Assembly: GCA_002633005.1 (NCBI GenBank) | Contig: NMRA01000282.1 | Span: 458,101 to 521,747, forward strand | Length of the DNA stretch: 63,647 bases | Direction: 5' to 3' | Source of the DNA: Phoronis australis | Taxonomy: Eukaryota; Animalia; Phoronida | Shown here: piece after piece, positions 13,601-27,200 of the stretch | Numbering within the stretch: the stretch's first letter is position 1 | Layout: every line of letters starts with the position of its first letter | Notes under the pieces: generated by a model | Database searches by the model: none | What the model was told of the DNA's origin: nothing | Seen by the model: only the letters and a program-made list of their open reading frames with translations | Position numbers and translations under genes: made by a program

Positions 13601-14278
13601 ATCTTGTTAATGTTGTGTATATACACAAAACGTACCGAGAGTGTCGTACATGAAGTAATATCCCACGAAGGTCGAGGTCGATACACGGAATAATGTCGAG
13701 TGGGATATTACTTCATGTACGCCGATCAAGGTATGTTTTGTATTTATCCCATACACTTCGAATTCCTAAGTTTCTTTCATTTTTTCCACAGATTTTTTAA
13801 ATATTTCACTCAATCCAGTCAAGTCACACCAATATCAGACAAAAATAATTGCCAAATTGTACGTCCTTCATTTTTCATGGTCTTCTAACATTGTGTGAAT
13901 CTGAATGACAATTTTCCAAAATGCTTTCTGTTAGTAGATATGGTGGAGAAATTGGTTATGGTAAAGCATAATTCTGCTTTTGTATATCACTTATGAAAAA
14001 TGAGAAAATAAAATTTCACGCCGTCGCTATATTGTATATCCTAAGTTGGTGAGATTTTTATATGCTTTGGTCACTGGGTAATAATAATTCATCGATTCTT
14101 TATTTAGGTGGTCTTCGGAAACCAGCTGGATACTAGAAAGAGGAGAGTTTTGGCTGTAACTAAGGAGTCTGTGGAGGAAATAAAACTGACTGACAGTGAC
14201 GTGAAACAAGAGATCGAGATTGAAAAATACATAATGCAAAACTTAAACGATAGACATGACATGTTTATTTCATGTTGA
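4476..14278 (+). CDS. PPCS: Phosphopantothenate--cysteine ligase (CoA biosynthesis), 7 coding exons, 309 aa
   Basis: Exons 4476-4613, 6044-6132, 6486-6616, 7698-7912, 8663-8782, 10741-10806, 14108-14278 join in frame (930 nt); motifs [13 protein letters not shown], [13 protein letters not shown], [17 protein letters not shown], [27 protein letters not shown]. Confidence 0.95.
4851..4938. repeat. Tandem repeat, about 20-21 bp unit (ATTCATAAATTATGGGAT..), about 4 copies
   Basis: Direct inspection. Confidence 0.8.
5860..5980 (+). mobile_element. SINE 3' fragment (V-SINE-like GCGATGGACTAG..ATCCAGGGGG domain)
   Basis: Resemblance to a conserved metazoan SINE central domain, recognised by eye. 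Confidence 0.3.
6044..6132 (+). CDS. PPCS: PPCS coding exon 2 ([30 protein letters not shown])
   Basis: TTGCAG acceptor; hallmark motif; donor GTATCCTTT. Confidence 0.93.
6133..6485 (+). other. U12-type (minor spliceosome) GT-AG intron
   Basis: 5' site GTATCCTTTT; branch TTCCTTGAT at 6466-6474, about 11 nt upstream of the AAAAG acceptor; no polypyrimidine tract. Confidence 0.88.
6486..6616 (+). CDS. PPCS: PPCS coding exon 3 ([14 protein letters not shown]...KSSVK)
   Basis: In frame with exon 2 (GA|A = E); donor G|GTAGTG. Confidence 0.9.
7698..7912 (+). CDS. PPCS: PPCS coding exon 4 (VKDEL...[16 protein letters not shown])
   Basis: TTTCAG acceptor (an in-frame alternative acceptor at 7682 is possible); donor GTATCA. 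Confidence 0.9.
8380..8662. repeat. Degenerate 21-bp minisatellite (TGTCATTCACTCTGTGACAAG), about 13 copies, ending at the exon 5 acceptor
   Basis: Direct inspection. Confidence 0.8.
8663..8782 (+). CDS. PPCS: PPCS coding exon 5 (PEHKIQSS...FVVSFK)
   Basis: CTGTAG acceptor, AAG|GTATAG donor, conserved motif. Confidence 0.93.
9630..9689. repeat. Tandem duplication of GTGCCAGGAATCACACCATCAACATGGTT (2 copies)
   Basis: Direct inspection. Confidence 0.8.
10741..10806 (+). CDS. PPCS: PPCS coding exon 6 (LETDESLL...KYNHQ)
   Basis: TTCTAG acceptor, CAG|GTATGC donor. Confidence 0.92.
10982..11121. mobile_element. Small GC-rich MITE-like element with dimeric GGGGCT..AGCCCC hairpin units (also at 12510-12649 in the duplicate)
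   Basis: CATGGGCG...CGCCATCCATG inverted ends; two ~70-bp internal units. Confidence 0.45.
12091..12225. repeat. Long hairpin: perfect 22-bp stem (12117-12138 / 12172-12193) with imperfect extension; resembles the terminal palindrome of non-autonomous Crypton-like elements
   Basis: CGTACATGAAGTAATATCCCAC / GTGGGATATTACTTCATGTACG. Confidence 0.6.
12302..13828. repeat. Exact duplicate of 10774-12300 across N at 12301 (assembly overlap artefact)
   Basis: Offset 1528; no differences seen; begins mid-exon 6. Confidence 0.9.
14108..14278 (+). CDS. PPCS: PPCS terminal coding exon ([11 protein letters not shown]...DRHDMFISC*)
   Basis: TTTAG acceptor; resembles the VxxNxLxxR...EIE...H C-terminus of eukaryotic PPCS; TGA at 14276-14278. 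Confidence 0.9.
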   Translation: MVFGNQLDTRKRRVLAVTKESVEEIKLTDSDVKQEIEIEKYIMQNLNDRHDMFISC

Positions 14279-17200
14279 CATACGGTGAAAATTCTTCAAT
14301 TTGAGACGAAGCTTCGTGCAAATGCTTAAAATTTTAGGAATATAATTTTGTTGTTTGAACACTGTGCAGTACAGACCATGCTAAAATGGAGTAAAACTGT
14401 CTCATATTTATTTTTGTTGAGATATTTTACAAAATTCCAGTTCCTGTTATTATGTGTCCAGTAAATTGAAGATTTTTTTACCGTAGATATCGAATGTCGT
14501 AGCTCATGTTCAGCTATTTTCTAGTCACTTGATTTAAGGTTTTAATCAGTAACAACTTCTTAAACTTTTTAAATTTCTACCAGAGTTTTTAAGACCAGTG
14601 CAATACGTCCCAGATTTTGGTCTTCTAAGACCAAATTTAGAAATTTGCACTCATTTTGAACCTGTCTAAAATGCTAGATAAGTCATGGATAAAGAAATGT
14701 ATATACTAATTTAAATGAAACACAGAATGTTGTTTCAAATACAGCTAAGGTAAAATCTCACCTATTTCAAACAAAAATAATTTAAAATGCTAGAAATGCA
14801 CAGTCTTCATTTTCAAAAGCTTCTTACCTTGTTGTGAATGCTAGCAATTTTTCATCAGCCGGTAGAAAACATAATGGTACTTTCAAACTTTGTTTCAAGA
14901 TACCCTGTTTAGAGGGTTAACAGTGATACAATGTACATTCTGCTTTTATTTTATGCATGTGAGTCAACATTGGTTACAACGAACTATTCTAACTTATAAT
15001 GTACAGATTTGAAGGTCCCTCAATGTAGGAGGCTCTATTGTAAGTCGTATTATGTCCTGCATTTAGTAACATTTTAGTGAATCCAAGTAAATGTATTTAT
15101 ATAATGTGAAAGAAAGTCTTATACTTTAGGAGTTAAAAATGTTTTTGCTGACACTCATTTCTCTTACAAGAAATTGCCTTTAGTTGTACTGTTTTTGCCT
15201 GTCATGAACAATGGCTGTCAACAATAGTTGTTCAATCTTGGTTGTTTTAGATAATTGATCTAGACAATTTTGGCCATTTTGGTCAGCAAATTGTGCATAC
15301 TATTTCACAGCACCATCTCTGTGTGCCTAGACAAATAGAATTCCATTTGTGGGCGGCAGTGAACATTCCCCAGCTTGGATATTTGTCGTAAGCATTGCGC
15401 AAGGTAGATGCTTCCAGACACAGTTCCTTGTGTTAGTGTTGGTGTGCAAGCCTCAGTTTTAATGTTTCTCGAAATGAATGGTCCAGGAATGCAGGGCTAC
15501 CTACTGTTACAGATATACCCGTATTCTAAAAATTGCCAAGGATGGATTTTAAAATGTTTACGGATTTTGAGCATTCCACTAAAAGTAAAAATACTTTTAA
15601 AATGAAGTGCCAGGTCTACAAAGATCAAGGCAGGAAAGTGGTCGACAGAAATAGTAGAGCACAACATCCGACCAATAAGACGAGTCTTGAATATCACTGT
15701 ATAGTGTAATTTGCTTTTCTTTTCTTTTCATGATTAGTCAATTGATGAAGTTAGTTTACCAATGGCTAACTGATGAAATGCTCGCTTAACTGACTTGTGT
15801 ATTGTGGGACATCATGTGCTTTTGAAATCATGTTAAGAGTAAAATTTCAGAGATGAATATACTCCAAGCGATTAGATCGCACTAACAAAATGGATTCACA
15901 TTTTGTCATGACAACTTGCCTACTATCGGCATGGATCAGGAATTACAAACTTTGCTGAGCCTAAGTCCTTTAGGGAGAAATGAGCATTGTCTTCTGCAAA
16001 ACATTGACTGGATGTAGAGTTTTTGATGTCACTCTTTTAACATAATATTAAACTGACAATTGTTTTTGGGTGTATCGCACCATCTTTGTTTGAAAAGAAT
16101 TCTGAAAATAGGAAATTATACAAGTTTTCACTTGCAAAATACAATTATTTTGCAGGGAGGTTACAAATTGTGCCTAGTGAGACAAAAGCTCTCAGAATAA
16201 TGGGAAATGATATAGTGGACCTAGTTAGTCTGCAGCAGCAGGTTGCAAACTAGGCAATTCTCAACTTCCAACCAATTGGAGTTAATCTTACTTGTTCCTT
16301 TTAACCAATGAGAAGCCAGATTCATCATTCTTTCACAGTGCTACCTCTCGTTGCAACGGGAAAGAATGTACAATTCTCAGTCATTCTGGTTGTTGTCTCT
16401 ACAATCACCGATATTACAGGAAAACTCAAACTTATGCATTTTGTCATGCTTATATTCATGAACAATTTACAACAAATCTGTGACTTTCCAGCATTAAACT
16501 CGTGCTCTCTATCAAAATCTGAAATTTTGATTTAGGCCTTTTACTCAGTTTTGAGGTGTAAGCTGAAAGGCTTGGTGTGAAGAAATAACAAACCGACAAT
16601 GCTTTCCAAGCCCAAGAACCACACTTATTTTGAATAAGGAATAATTTGAGACCAATCTCATAACCACAAGTGGCCTAACTGAAAACTTGTATTTTGACAG
16701 AAGCACGCCAATGCCTCTGTAAAATGAAACATCTTTTACAATTCACAAAATATAAGACATAATCTTACCCTTGCAGTGAAAAAATTTTCGATTATGGAAT
16801 GAAAAACAGTGAATTCAATCAAAAAAATCAATACTCCAATTTCGCCAACTAATCACTTCCGTGGCCATCATTTTGGTAGGTAAGCCCACCAAACATACTG
16901 CTGAAACACTTGCTTTTCACTAACTTTTGAGAGGTTTTCCTTTTCTCACAAGAAACTAGATGTACGGAAGACTACCCTGTTCATTAGTAAGAGGATGTTG
17001 CGAGTATTCCTCACTTGAATGCACACATTTCTATAGGTGTGCTTCACTAGCACCATCTAGTGAATTGCCTACTTCATATTCCATTACTAAGAGGCAATAC
17101 ATAATAATTTCCCTCAATCTGAGCAATTGATTCCCTTCCAGTATTTAGCACTACAGCATAATTTTACTACACTCCCATTTTTCTCTTTAATTTTCATATT

Positions 17201-18218
17201 TCTCTCTGACATCCAGGAAGATAATCATGACAGGAAATATTATAAGTTCTATTTTGAATGTCAAATCTACACTTAAAAGATAACAATGGGAGTTTCTAAC
17301 AATACATGGTACAATAGGAAAAGTTTTTTTCAAGGGTACATGCATGAACAAGCAAGGGCATTAGATCGGAAACTCCCAATATTCAAATAGCAAAGGAACT
17401 GTATGTGTGAGATGATTGTTGTCAAACATTGTCTTGGTATTTCATAAAAATATTCTGAGAAACGATAAAATTACAAAATAGAATTGAATCCGACTTGAGT
17501 AAATTATAAAAGAATATTAATGGCCATGTGTACTCTCGTTTTTGAACACTTAAAGTGCACATGACATGGAGACTCTTGTCAGAGGTATATTGATTTAGAA
17601 ATTCCTCATTATTTTAAAAGTATTATAATTTTACAAACAGAGTAGTGAGTCGGGTGACAGAAGTATATTAACAACATATTGGAATGTCAAGAACTGCACA
17701 AATGATCACACAGTCAAACTTTAAATGATGGCAATTGTCAGCGTTACATGTGCATCTACACTGCATTCACATGGCATCTGATCAGAGATGGAAAAGAGAA
17801 CAGTCACAAAAGTCCGGATTTTGAGAACCAGTTTGATGTCCTTTATTCCATTGAGAAAACTGGTTCTCAAAATGCGAGATCCCTGTAAGTGACTGTTACC
17901 AGACAAGACATAAGAGCGGAGTGCCTGAAAATATTCACGCATGTGAACAATCGTAACACGTCTGATCAGTCGTCAAATTATGAGCCCAGAAAAGAGCTGG
18001 CAAGTCTGCCATAAGGAGAAAGGCTCAATTTCAATGATGTGACTAGTGGTTAAGCTCCATTGCAACACTGTGATTATGTACGAATGGTAAGAGTTCTTGC
18101 ATTTTGCAAGACCTGCCATTTGACTTGCATGTTAAATCTGCCATCTGATACAAATTGACACAGAATGAGGTATGCGATAGTGCACCATACACTAGGAGTT
18201 ATTATCACTAAATCACCA

Positions 18219-18234
18219 TCAAGGTCTTCCACGC
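18219..18234 (-). CDS. ACBD5: ACBD5 last coding micro-segment (R|RGRP*)
   Basis: Strong TTTCTCTTTTCAG acceptor; basic tail like vertebrate RRRKLN. Confidence 0.6.
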
Positions 18235-21200
18235 CTGAAAAGAGAAACAAGATGTTGATAACAACACCTCCAACATTAAAGACCAAATTCCAATTATCTG
18301 ATGATGCAAAGTACATTAATAATTAAAGTTCTTATGTGGTGAATCTAGGATACCATGAGGGGGCCACATGCCCAAATTTTTCATTTTGTGATATTTGCAA
18401 ATTTGTTTGTAAATACCACGAGATTCAAATGTCGCTGTGTAATCAGGGACAGTCCAGTTGTTAACTTTATTATTACTTAGTGCAGGACACTGGATACAAC
18501 CATGCATTGGTAATTAAAAATATTCATATTTTATAATAGACCCCATGTGAACTTAGTAAAATGGCAGCATGCAAGTTTTAGACTCAGTCTAAACTTGTAA
18601 TTTGGCAGATTTCATCCACTGAAACTCTTCTTCAATTAGCGGCCGAGCTGTCATTTTGTTGGATCATAAACATCCGGTGAGGTCACAAATAATTTGGTGA
18701 TCTGTAACCTTGTTTATAATTTGCATTTTAGGAACTGAGTTTTAACTTATGCATGATGAAGGCACATGTCACGTGCATATTTTGTATAAAAGATTTACTA
18801 TTCAATTTGATGCAATTTGAGACTCACTTTCACTTATTAACCTTTTATTTTTGACTAATAGTTGTTTAGACCCACAGGCACCAAAAGGCACATTGACATG
18901 AACTGTACTTTCAATTCTGCTGTGCTCCATTGACTAATTAGCCCTTTTTTACACATCGCCAAAATATCTGTGACATCACCAGTCGTTTACGAGCCGACAA
19001 CCGTCCCAATATGGATGGAAAAATGACAGCAACATTGTCAATAGGGGAAAATTTGCAGGAGATAAACCTCCAAGTTACAAAATGGGGCTTACCTGTTCCT
19101 AGGCCTAGTCAGAAACTGCATTAACCAGTGGGCAATGAACGGCCAGACAGTCAGGGCTAGAACAGTGGTCGGACTTATGTTTTGAAATGGCCACCAGGTA
19201 GTCTGCAATATCGATAGAGCCACTCAGGTGTGGAAGATATTTAGGGAAGACCTCAAGACCGATTTAGCAAAATCTGTGTGCTCAGTCATAGCCAAGATTG
19301 TGGCATCCTAGATTTTCACTGCAATATTGTTAATTAAAGTAGTTTATGAATATGCTTGTTCAGTATGATTACACTATTAGCAATGACAAAAGCGACATAT
19401 TCGTAATGAGCTATCTTCTACAACCGGGCATACATCGACCTTGGGACCCCCACTCTTGCGATTAGAGCTCTTCAAAAATCACTTCTAACACTGCAGTATT
19501 GGTCATCAGATCCACATCAGATTTAGACAACTTTTCATCATGAAATTGGTCTCAACTTCTTCCATTGGTCTTGAATTCTTTGGCATTGAAACTAGACAAA
19601 TTTTTATTAATTTTCATGAAGTTATGTGATTTTTTTAATAAAAATTCATCGAAATCAGACAAAAGTAGACGTTCTTACATCCACAACTTTTCTGGGAACA
19701 CCCATTATATATCTTTATACAGTTAGTTAGAACGAAAGGACGTGTGGCTTTTGGGATTTTTTGTGTCCCGCTGTAAGATCAAGATTTGTTTCCATGACAA
19801 TTGTATAACTTACAAAAATTCAGTTCAACTCGAATGTTTACACTCTGAATCATCACACAGTTAGTGAATAAATACTGGCCAATACAAAATTAATCTATAT
19901 TTCTGTGAACTTTTAGGAAAAGGGAGGAAGAAAAGTGGATTGTTTCGTACACACGAAAAAACGTGATAATTGCCAACAGTCCCTTAGAGGTGTACGAGGC
20001 TTGAAGATTGACAACTTTTGCGAAGAGCTGCAAGATTCCACCAAAATTGTGGACAGTATGAGCGGTATTTTTCATTCACTGAGCCTTCAGATTTTAAGTT
20101 ACCTCCATATCTAGGGTGGAATTTTATCAAAAGTCACGAATCTGCTTTTGGCTAAGACACTTTACCTCCATTTCAATTTACACGTCAGTCAGTTCTTTAA
20201 CATAACTCTTGAAGGCAGTCATTAATTATGAATTTGAAAAATAATCAGCAGTAAAGTCAGCTACAATGTTTTGCTCGGGGTGGCGAGTACACAAGATGCC
20301 TATGTGTTAATGTGGCCACCACTGGATCTACAACTTTTTAACAAGTCCCTGGCTTATAGCACTGTTACAAAATATTTGAATTTCACCAGTCTTCCTTCAG
20401 ATGTCAGTCACTTGTTTCAGCAGTTATATACACAAAATGGCTGCTGTATTCAGATTGAGACTCACCTGTTCTTCTGGCCTTTGCTGAATACGTTGACTTC
20501 CTTGCCCGTCTCTGGTCTGCAAAACAAATGCAACTTTAATTTTATTTCGACAATAATGACACTTCTTCACTTATTTAACACACTTACCCCATTTCGCACA
20601 TTCAAAATTATTTATATTTTGTACCTCCCTATTTCACACGAAATCTGATCAAGGGGCAAATTATTTTCTAATTTCCGTTCTTCCTGCACTCTTCTGTGTT
20701 TTAGTCCAAATCTGGGTAATTCCAGGCGATTTATTGAAACTCACTTCAATTCAAACTATTAGTATCATAAGAACAAGATGTCATTTCATTCAAAGAGCAC
20801 ATAGTTTTTACACCTTTGAAGAAAAATGAAGTCTTTAGAAGTAGAACACAGCTCTATTATCTGAAGACGCATGTGAATTCAAAACATTACGTTGTCAAAT
20901 AAACTGATGAATAAGCATATGTTGGTAGTAAATCTGCATGTTTTTAAAAGCAAAAATTACCGTCTCACCTTGACACCTACTTCTGATTCCCATTCATGAC
21001 TTTCAACGTAAATGTAGCTTTAAAAATGCTATCAGCGGGGATTCCGTCAAAAATTTTGGCAGCACTAAAAAGCTTAGCAATCATCCATAATTAGAAGCAA
21101 AGTGCATATTATGTATGCTGGGGTGAAGCAATGGCCAGCAGGAGTTTCCAAAATTTCCCCACATTTTGTAAAAAATCATTTGTAGAAAAAGTTTAATCAA

Positions 21201-24200
21201 TTTAAGTTTTAACATTTCTAGAATTAGGCCTAGAATCTGCCAACCGAGAGTACGCATCATAAAAAATATGATGTACGAACCAAAAGTCATGTTTTATAGG
21301 CCAACACTTTTTAAAATTCCTTACCATATAACGTTACAAACCGAAAACAGGTTAGTATTACTACACTACAGGGCATATGACGCATGATAAGTCATCTAAA
21401 ATTATAAACTATTTAATTTGTACCAAAGTGACACCTGGTGGCAATTTACACTAGTCAAAGTTATACCTCATGGCAATTTACACTAGCCATACTGACCCTT
21501 AATCCACTCTGTCCAGTTGTCAGAGTCTCTAAGGTGTCCAGTCGGGTCAGAACATTGTCCATGTCCTGCTGCAGCTTCAGCAGCGCCACCATGATCTGTT
21601 GTGAGGTATGGCTGTCATACACTACATCTCCTCCTGTCCTGCCATTATGACCACCACTGCTACCAGCCAATAAGTGCTGACCTGCACTCTGTTGGCTAGG
21701 TGGGACTGCCAATCCTGAGAATGTTGAATCATATGTGTTTAATTCATTTTTTAAATAATCTAACAAAAATAATGTTTGTTCTCTACTTTCAAACACTGTA
21801 GTCCAGTGAACTACATTCCAAACTTTCGGGATACATTTCAATTTTTGACGACCAGCACAGCAAGATAATGATGAAAATAAACGGACAATTCTCATTTTTG
21901 GTTTCATTTCAGGTAACATAAAACACCTTATCAAAGATAGTCAATGTGCATCCCTTTTCATGTGGTTGCTTCAAACGATGCAAAACGCAGACTCGAGTAA
22001 ACACTGATAATGCAAACAACTAGAAAAAGAAAAGAGCTGAAATAAAATTATTGGTAATTTTCACACAAAATATTTTTAGTTCCAGACTATTACAAACAAA
22101 AACCATGCAACCCATAAACGATCTGATTAGAGTTGTCTGAGAAGCATTATTATTTTTCTAAATGATGGTAATGGAACAAAGTGTTACAAAATGTCCAATG
22201 GACAAACTTTTAATACAATGAGTAAAAGTGAGGCATGACAGTTTGGTAAGAACCCATTTCCTACCTTTGCAGCACTTCACAAGAACACCCACTAGAAAAA
22301 CACTAACGCGTGCAGCCACACATCATACCTTGTCTATTAACACCAGCATTTCTCTCGCGTAACTGCCCATCATGGCCACCACTAGGGGCGCTGCTGCTCT
22401 CTCCTCCACCACGACTCTGTATCCCTATAGCACCGTCTGTCTCCAGTCTCCTGTAATCCGAGTGACTACTTCCACTCCCATTAACAAGTGGATAATGTCC
22501 ATTAACATAAGGAGCAACACCATGCCTTATATGACTATCTATCTGATCAACTGTTCTAATATTCCTGATTGGCACATCACGGCGGTCGCGGCCTGGCCTG
22601 TCTTTTAAGTCATTACTTTTTATGGGTGAAATCGTCAATGAAGCAACCTCTTCTGGAGTCGATATTGCACGGTAGACGTGATCCACTTTGTCCAAGCTCT
22701 TGATAGGAGTTGACACGCTAGTACTTGACACAGGGACTAGTCTGGGCACCTGTTAACACAATTCGAAAAAATCTACGCGCTGAATAACAGTTAGAATATC
22801 GTCCATGAACACTTTGTCAAGGCAGGAACAAGCAAGGTTGCACCGGTATGCCTGGAGGTTAACAAAAGGCACCCAGTAACCTGGCATGGGACAGTTGATA
22901 CATCACCCATCCCAACCAGTCCCCCACCTGTCTCTCAGATGTCCTGGAGAAGCCCCGTCGATAAAATATTTGCAAACTGGCTGTAGGTTTAACCGTATTG
23001 CAACAGTAACCTTATCTCGACCAAATTTTATTTCTGGTACAAGTTCTAATGACATAATAATGCGGTGTTCATGGAAAATATTTTACTACCGTACTACATT
23101 ATCATCATAGAACCACAAATTACTTTTCAGTACACTTTTCTTCAACGTAGTGAGCATTTTAACTAATTGTTCATGTTGAATAATCACAATGTCATAAAAA
23201 TGGTAGATAATAACTGACCAGGGTTTGACACAATTTATCAATTGTACTTAGTCCACTTCTAGTTTTCCCTATTTTCAAAGTGTATACTTCTATAATAATG
23301 CTATTATTCCAACTTCAGTAACAAACTATTCCCAATATATAAACATGTACCAGTTGACATTTCAACAGTTAGAATGAAACCCACCCGTGAAAACAGACAA
23401 CGAACACCGTCCTGTAGTTCCAGCCAACAGATGGCGAGGACAAATTTCTCCCACAATAGAACTGTACTGGATAACACAGTGATAAAACTCTCCTTTGTCC
23501 CAGAGGTAAGAAAACGTGTTCTTTTCAGTGACCTGGTTTTGGAACTTCAGGCCCATTTTCACGGGTCATGTCAGAAACCATCAAGACGTATGACCTTGGA
23601 AATAATCCCGATTTCAACCATTTAAAAGTAGCAATTGACAGGTATCTTCAAAAAAATGTAATCCTGTTCAGTTCAAAATTGACCCGTATTTTCTTGTCTT
23701 TGAATGATGTCAGCATGGCAGCAAACTTAACATCATGCATCCACATAATATATTTGTCAAATTTATCCATCTTTCTCCCACCGGAATTGCAGCCCACAGC
23801 ACAGCAGTAATACATTGTTGACATTGGAAGGACAAATAGAGTAAATGCAGATGACAAAAACTTGTAAAGAATACGACAACAAAGAGCCTGTGGAACTTCA
23901 ATGGTATGAAAATGCCCGGCAACAAAAGTGCTCAACAAATATTCTGACATTGTGGGTAAATGCAGCAAGATTGAAATGTTACTTTGTAATCCAGGAGAGA
24001 ATTGTTTTCTAAATGTAGAAACATCAATGCCTCTTCTAGGCCAACACAGCCAGGAGGTACAATCGCACTTCACTTCAGTGCAAGGATAATTGCCATTCCA
24101 TTGTATGTTTTAATTAAGACAGTCCTATCTTTGCTTAGTAATAAAACTTCAGTGTCCTTAATGTTGATCTTTTTTGACAAATACGACAACTGTCTGCAGT

Positions 24201-27200
24201 ATTGTGTACTAAACTGAAGAGTATTTACAGTAAAGCAGACTCACAAAGCACTCCACAATTCTTTATACATGTATGACAATATCTATGATAAGCGATCCAA
24301 ACATTCTAACCTGTTGGTCATCTGGTTCGGTAGTATCACAGAATTCTTCGCTTTCATCACTCTCGCTACCCTCGTCAACAGTTCCGTCATTGCCATTGTT
24401 AAGCCCGAGACTGGGGTCATGACCTATCCGAGTTCAAACAAAATACACAATGGTTAATAAGGGAGTGGGGTCATGACCTGCTGAAGTTCAAACAAAATCT
24501 ATTGGTTTACTGGGGTCATACTAGACTTCAAACCAAACTACAGCCAAATCATGCCATTGTCCTAAACAGAAAAAGCTAGGGCCAAACAAAGTGAGAGTTG
24601 AATGCAGATTAGCCAACCCACGTAGACAGTCATGTCTTGCTTTTAGCACAAAAAAGTTGTCATCTACCCTGACCACCTTTTAACATAACATATTCTGAAT
24701 TTTTCAGTCTGGAGGCAGGCAATTCCTGCAATCTGATAGGAAACAAGTGGAGGCCAATTTTATAGTAAGAAGTGCTCTAAATTTAGATGTTTGTTTTTAG
24801 ACACCAAAAATCATCAAGAACGAAATGTCATGTTTTCTGTCTTGAAAACGAATCACATCAGAATTGAAACCTCCCTTCTATGAAGAGTACGTTTACTTAT
24901 GTACACAAATTTCCCGTTAATATTTCAGGATCCAACATAACAATGAACGCACCAGTAGAATTAAGTTGACTGTCTTCTTCTGTTGCAATGACCTCTTCAG
25001 GATACGATTCTGTAATACAGTAGGTACATACGATCAATAGAAGACAACCCAATAGGTCACTTTCTTTAAATAAGAGCTTCGTTAAATCACTTGTTCCTGG
25101 TAACTTGAAACATCCTGTCTATCTTGGTCTGCAGTTATTACCATGTAGACTGGGTTGAGTAAAATTTCGGAACTTATCCATTGGAAAAGTTTGATTGTTA
25201 CATGATGTTAAAACCAACAATAACACGACCAAATTTTGTTTCACAATCAAGATGAAATCTCAAAAATGCTGTTAGTTTTCTACTTTTTATTTTGTGCAAC
25301 TTTCACTTTTTTCATAAAAATCATGAAACATAATAACTATTTATCTGACAGCTATTTCTGAGATATGATGTTCCGAAATTAGCCAAATTTGGCCATTTTT
25401 CGAGAGTCCTGCATAACCTCAACTTAAAGTTCATTATTCACTTGAGGAATGATTTCTCGACAAGGGAAGAACAGACAAATCGATAATGCTCAAATCTACA
25501 TTTGATTCATAAAATGAACTGCCATCACAAGTCATGTTATCCAGCCTGACCTCAAGTAACAAGCTTTTGTCTTTGACAGAGGGGGGTTGAGAGTCACTTT
25601 AAGAACATTTTTTTTATTTTGTCACTCAGAGCAACAAGTGGACAGCAATAACAGAAACAGAATGATGACATATCAAACTGACTGTAAAATGATACATGGT
25701 AGTTATCTCCCCTTCTCTGACCTGCATTTAACTCAGACTGCACCACTGCATTTAACAGTTGTGAGTTGACATCCTCGTCACTCCTACCTTCAGAAGGGGT
25801 GGAGCTAACTGATACTTCACGTGTCTCTGATTGGTCAAGATAGGCATCAACTGCAACAACAAAGTCATGACACAAGTATCATCAACACTTGAAAAGAAGA
25901 GGCGGAGCCATATGATATTTCATATGTCTTGAATTGGTCGAGAAACTTGTCTCTGAATGTCAGCTAAATGCCAAAATAGCACAGTGCCCTCCATGTCAGC
26001 ATTCTCTTGTTCAGTGACTTTACCAGATGTAGAGGGTTGTGAGCCTGTGATAACATCTAGCTCCTTTCTTAACTGCCAAACAAAGTCTTTAGTCTGTTAT
26101 GACAACAGGCAGGCCAACTATCATTGCAGCGTTTTCCTGTTGTTCGATTCTATAGCCCAACAACAAGTTGGGAAGTTTACCCCTGAAGCCAATATCTTAC
26201 ACGGCTGATTAACTCCATTCTGGCATTCATGGTTGGAGGGCCAGCTCTCTTTTGTTCGATAATTGCTCTAATCTTCAAAAAGATAGTATCTAGCCTGACT
26301 GGGCTGTGGTGTTAAAAATAAAAGTTAAGTTGTAACATATTTGAACATAAACCAATAGCATTTCTGAAGTCCTCGTCTAATGGTGATCATGTTAAGTTTT
26401 TGAATCGCCAAAATCGCCCTTACCCCACTCTTGCACTCTATTGCCATGCTAAGCATTATATGATAACTGATGATGGGGTGAATTACTCATCTATTGGAAC
26501 AGGGTATCACACGATAATTTAATTACTGTTCATTTGATCCCAACAGCAACCCATAGGATGCATTTCACTAAATTCACCCACGGACAGTTGACAATGCATG
26601 GATACTCACTTAGTTTCGCTGACCCCTCAACTACCAAGTCTGTATATTCAGTTTATTTGGGATTGTTCTAAAACCCCCCTCAACCCCTTCAACCCACATA
26701 CCCCGCGACCCACACACCCCTCGACCACACACCATTCAACCCACACACACCTCGACCCACAAACCCCTCGACCCACCACTTACAATATCCAAATCCGAGT
26801 TCGGCTAAGTCAGGTTATCGAGTAACCTTCCGCTTCGCTGGGTCTGGCTGGTATTAAGAACACCGTATGTTTTTTTTGTAAGTCCATTCAGCAAGTTTGA
26901 AAGCCAAAAACAGAGAAAACGTGACCAAATCAAATCAAAGATATACCAACATTACAAATGTCGTTCCCAACAAAGTGTAATTGTTTCAAATGCTCTTCAG
27001 TGAATGACAGATTCAAGCTATGTTTGGGAGCATGCAAGGAACAAACGACTACGAAATTTCTTCTTCGAGAGGGTCAAGGGGGTTTTAGAACATTCCATTT
27101 ATTTGGCACAGTCTGGATATCAGGAAAATAGATTTTGTGCGAAATAGGTGGAGAATTACCGAAAATGCCACGGGCGTTCACCTGAACAGATCTGAAATTC

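Noticed and set aside
10774-13828. Apparent tandem duplication of PPCS exon 6 and intron
   Set aside because: Identical copies separated by a single N, with the second starting mid-exon: contig-overlap artefact
26000-26305. Additional ACBD5 exon candidates (about 26303-26204 and 26072-26024)
   Set aside because: Phases do not fit unambiguously and exon 4 joins the 25850 exon in frame without them; cannot be supported without transcripts
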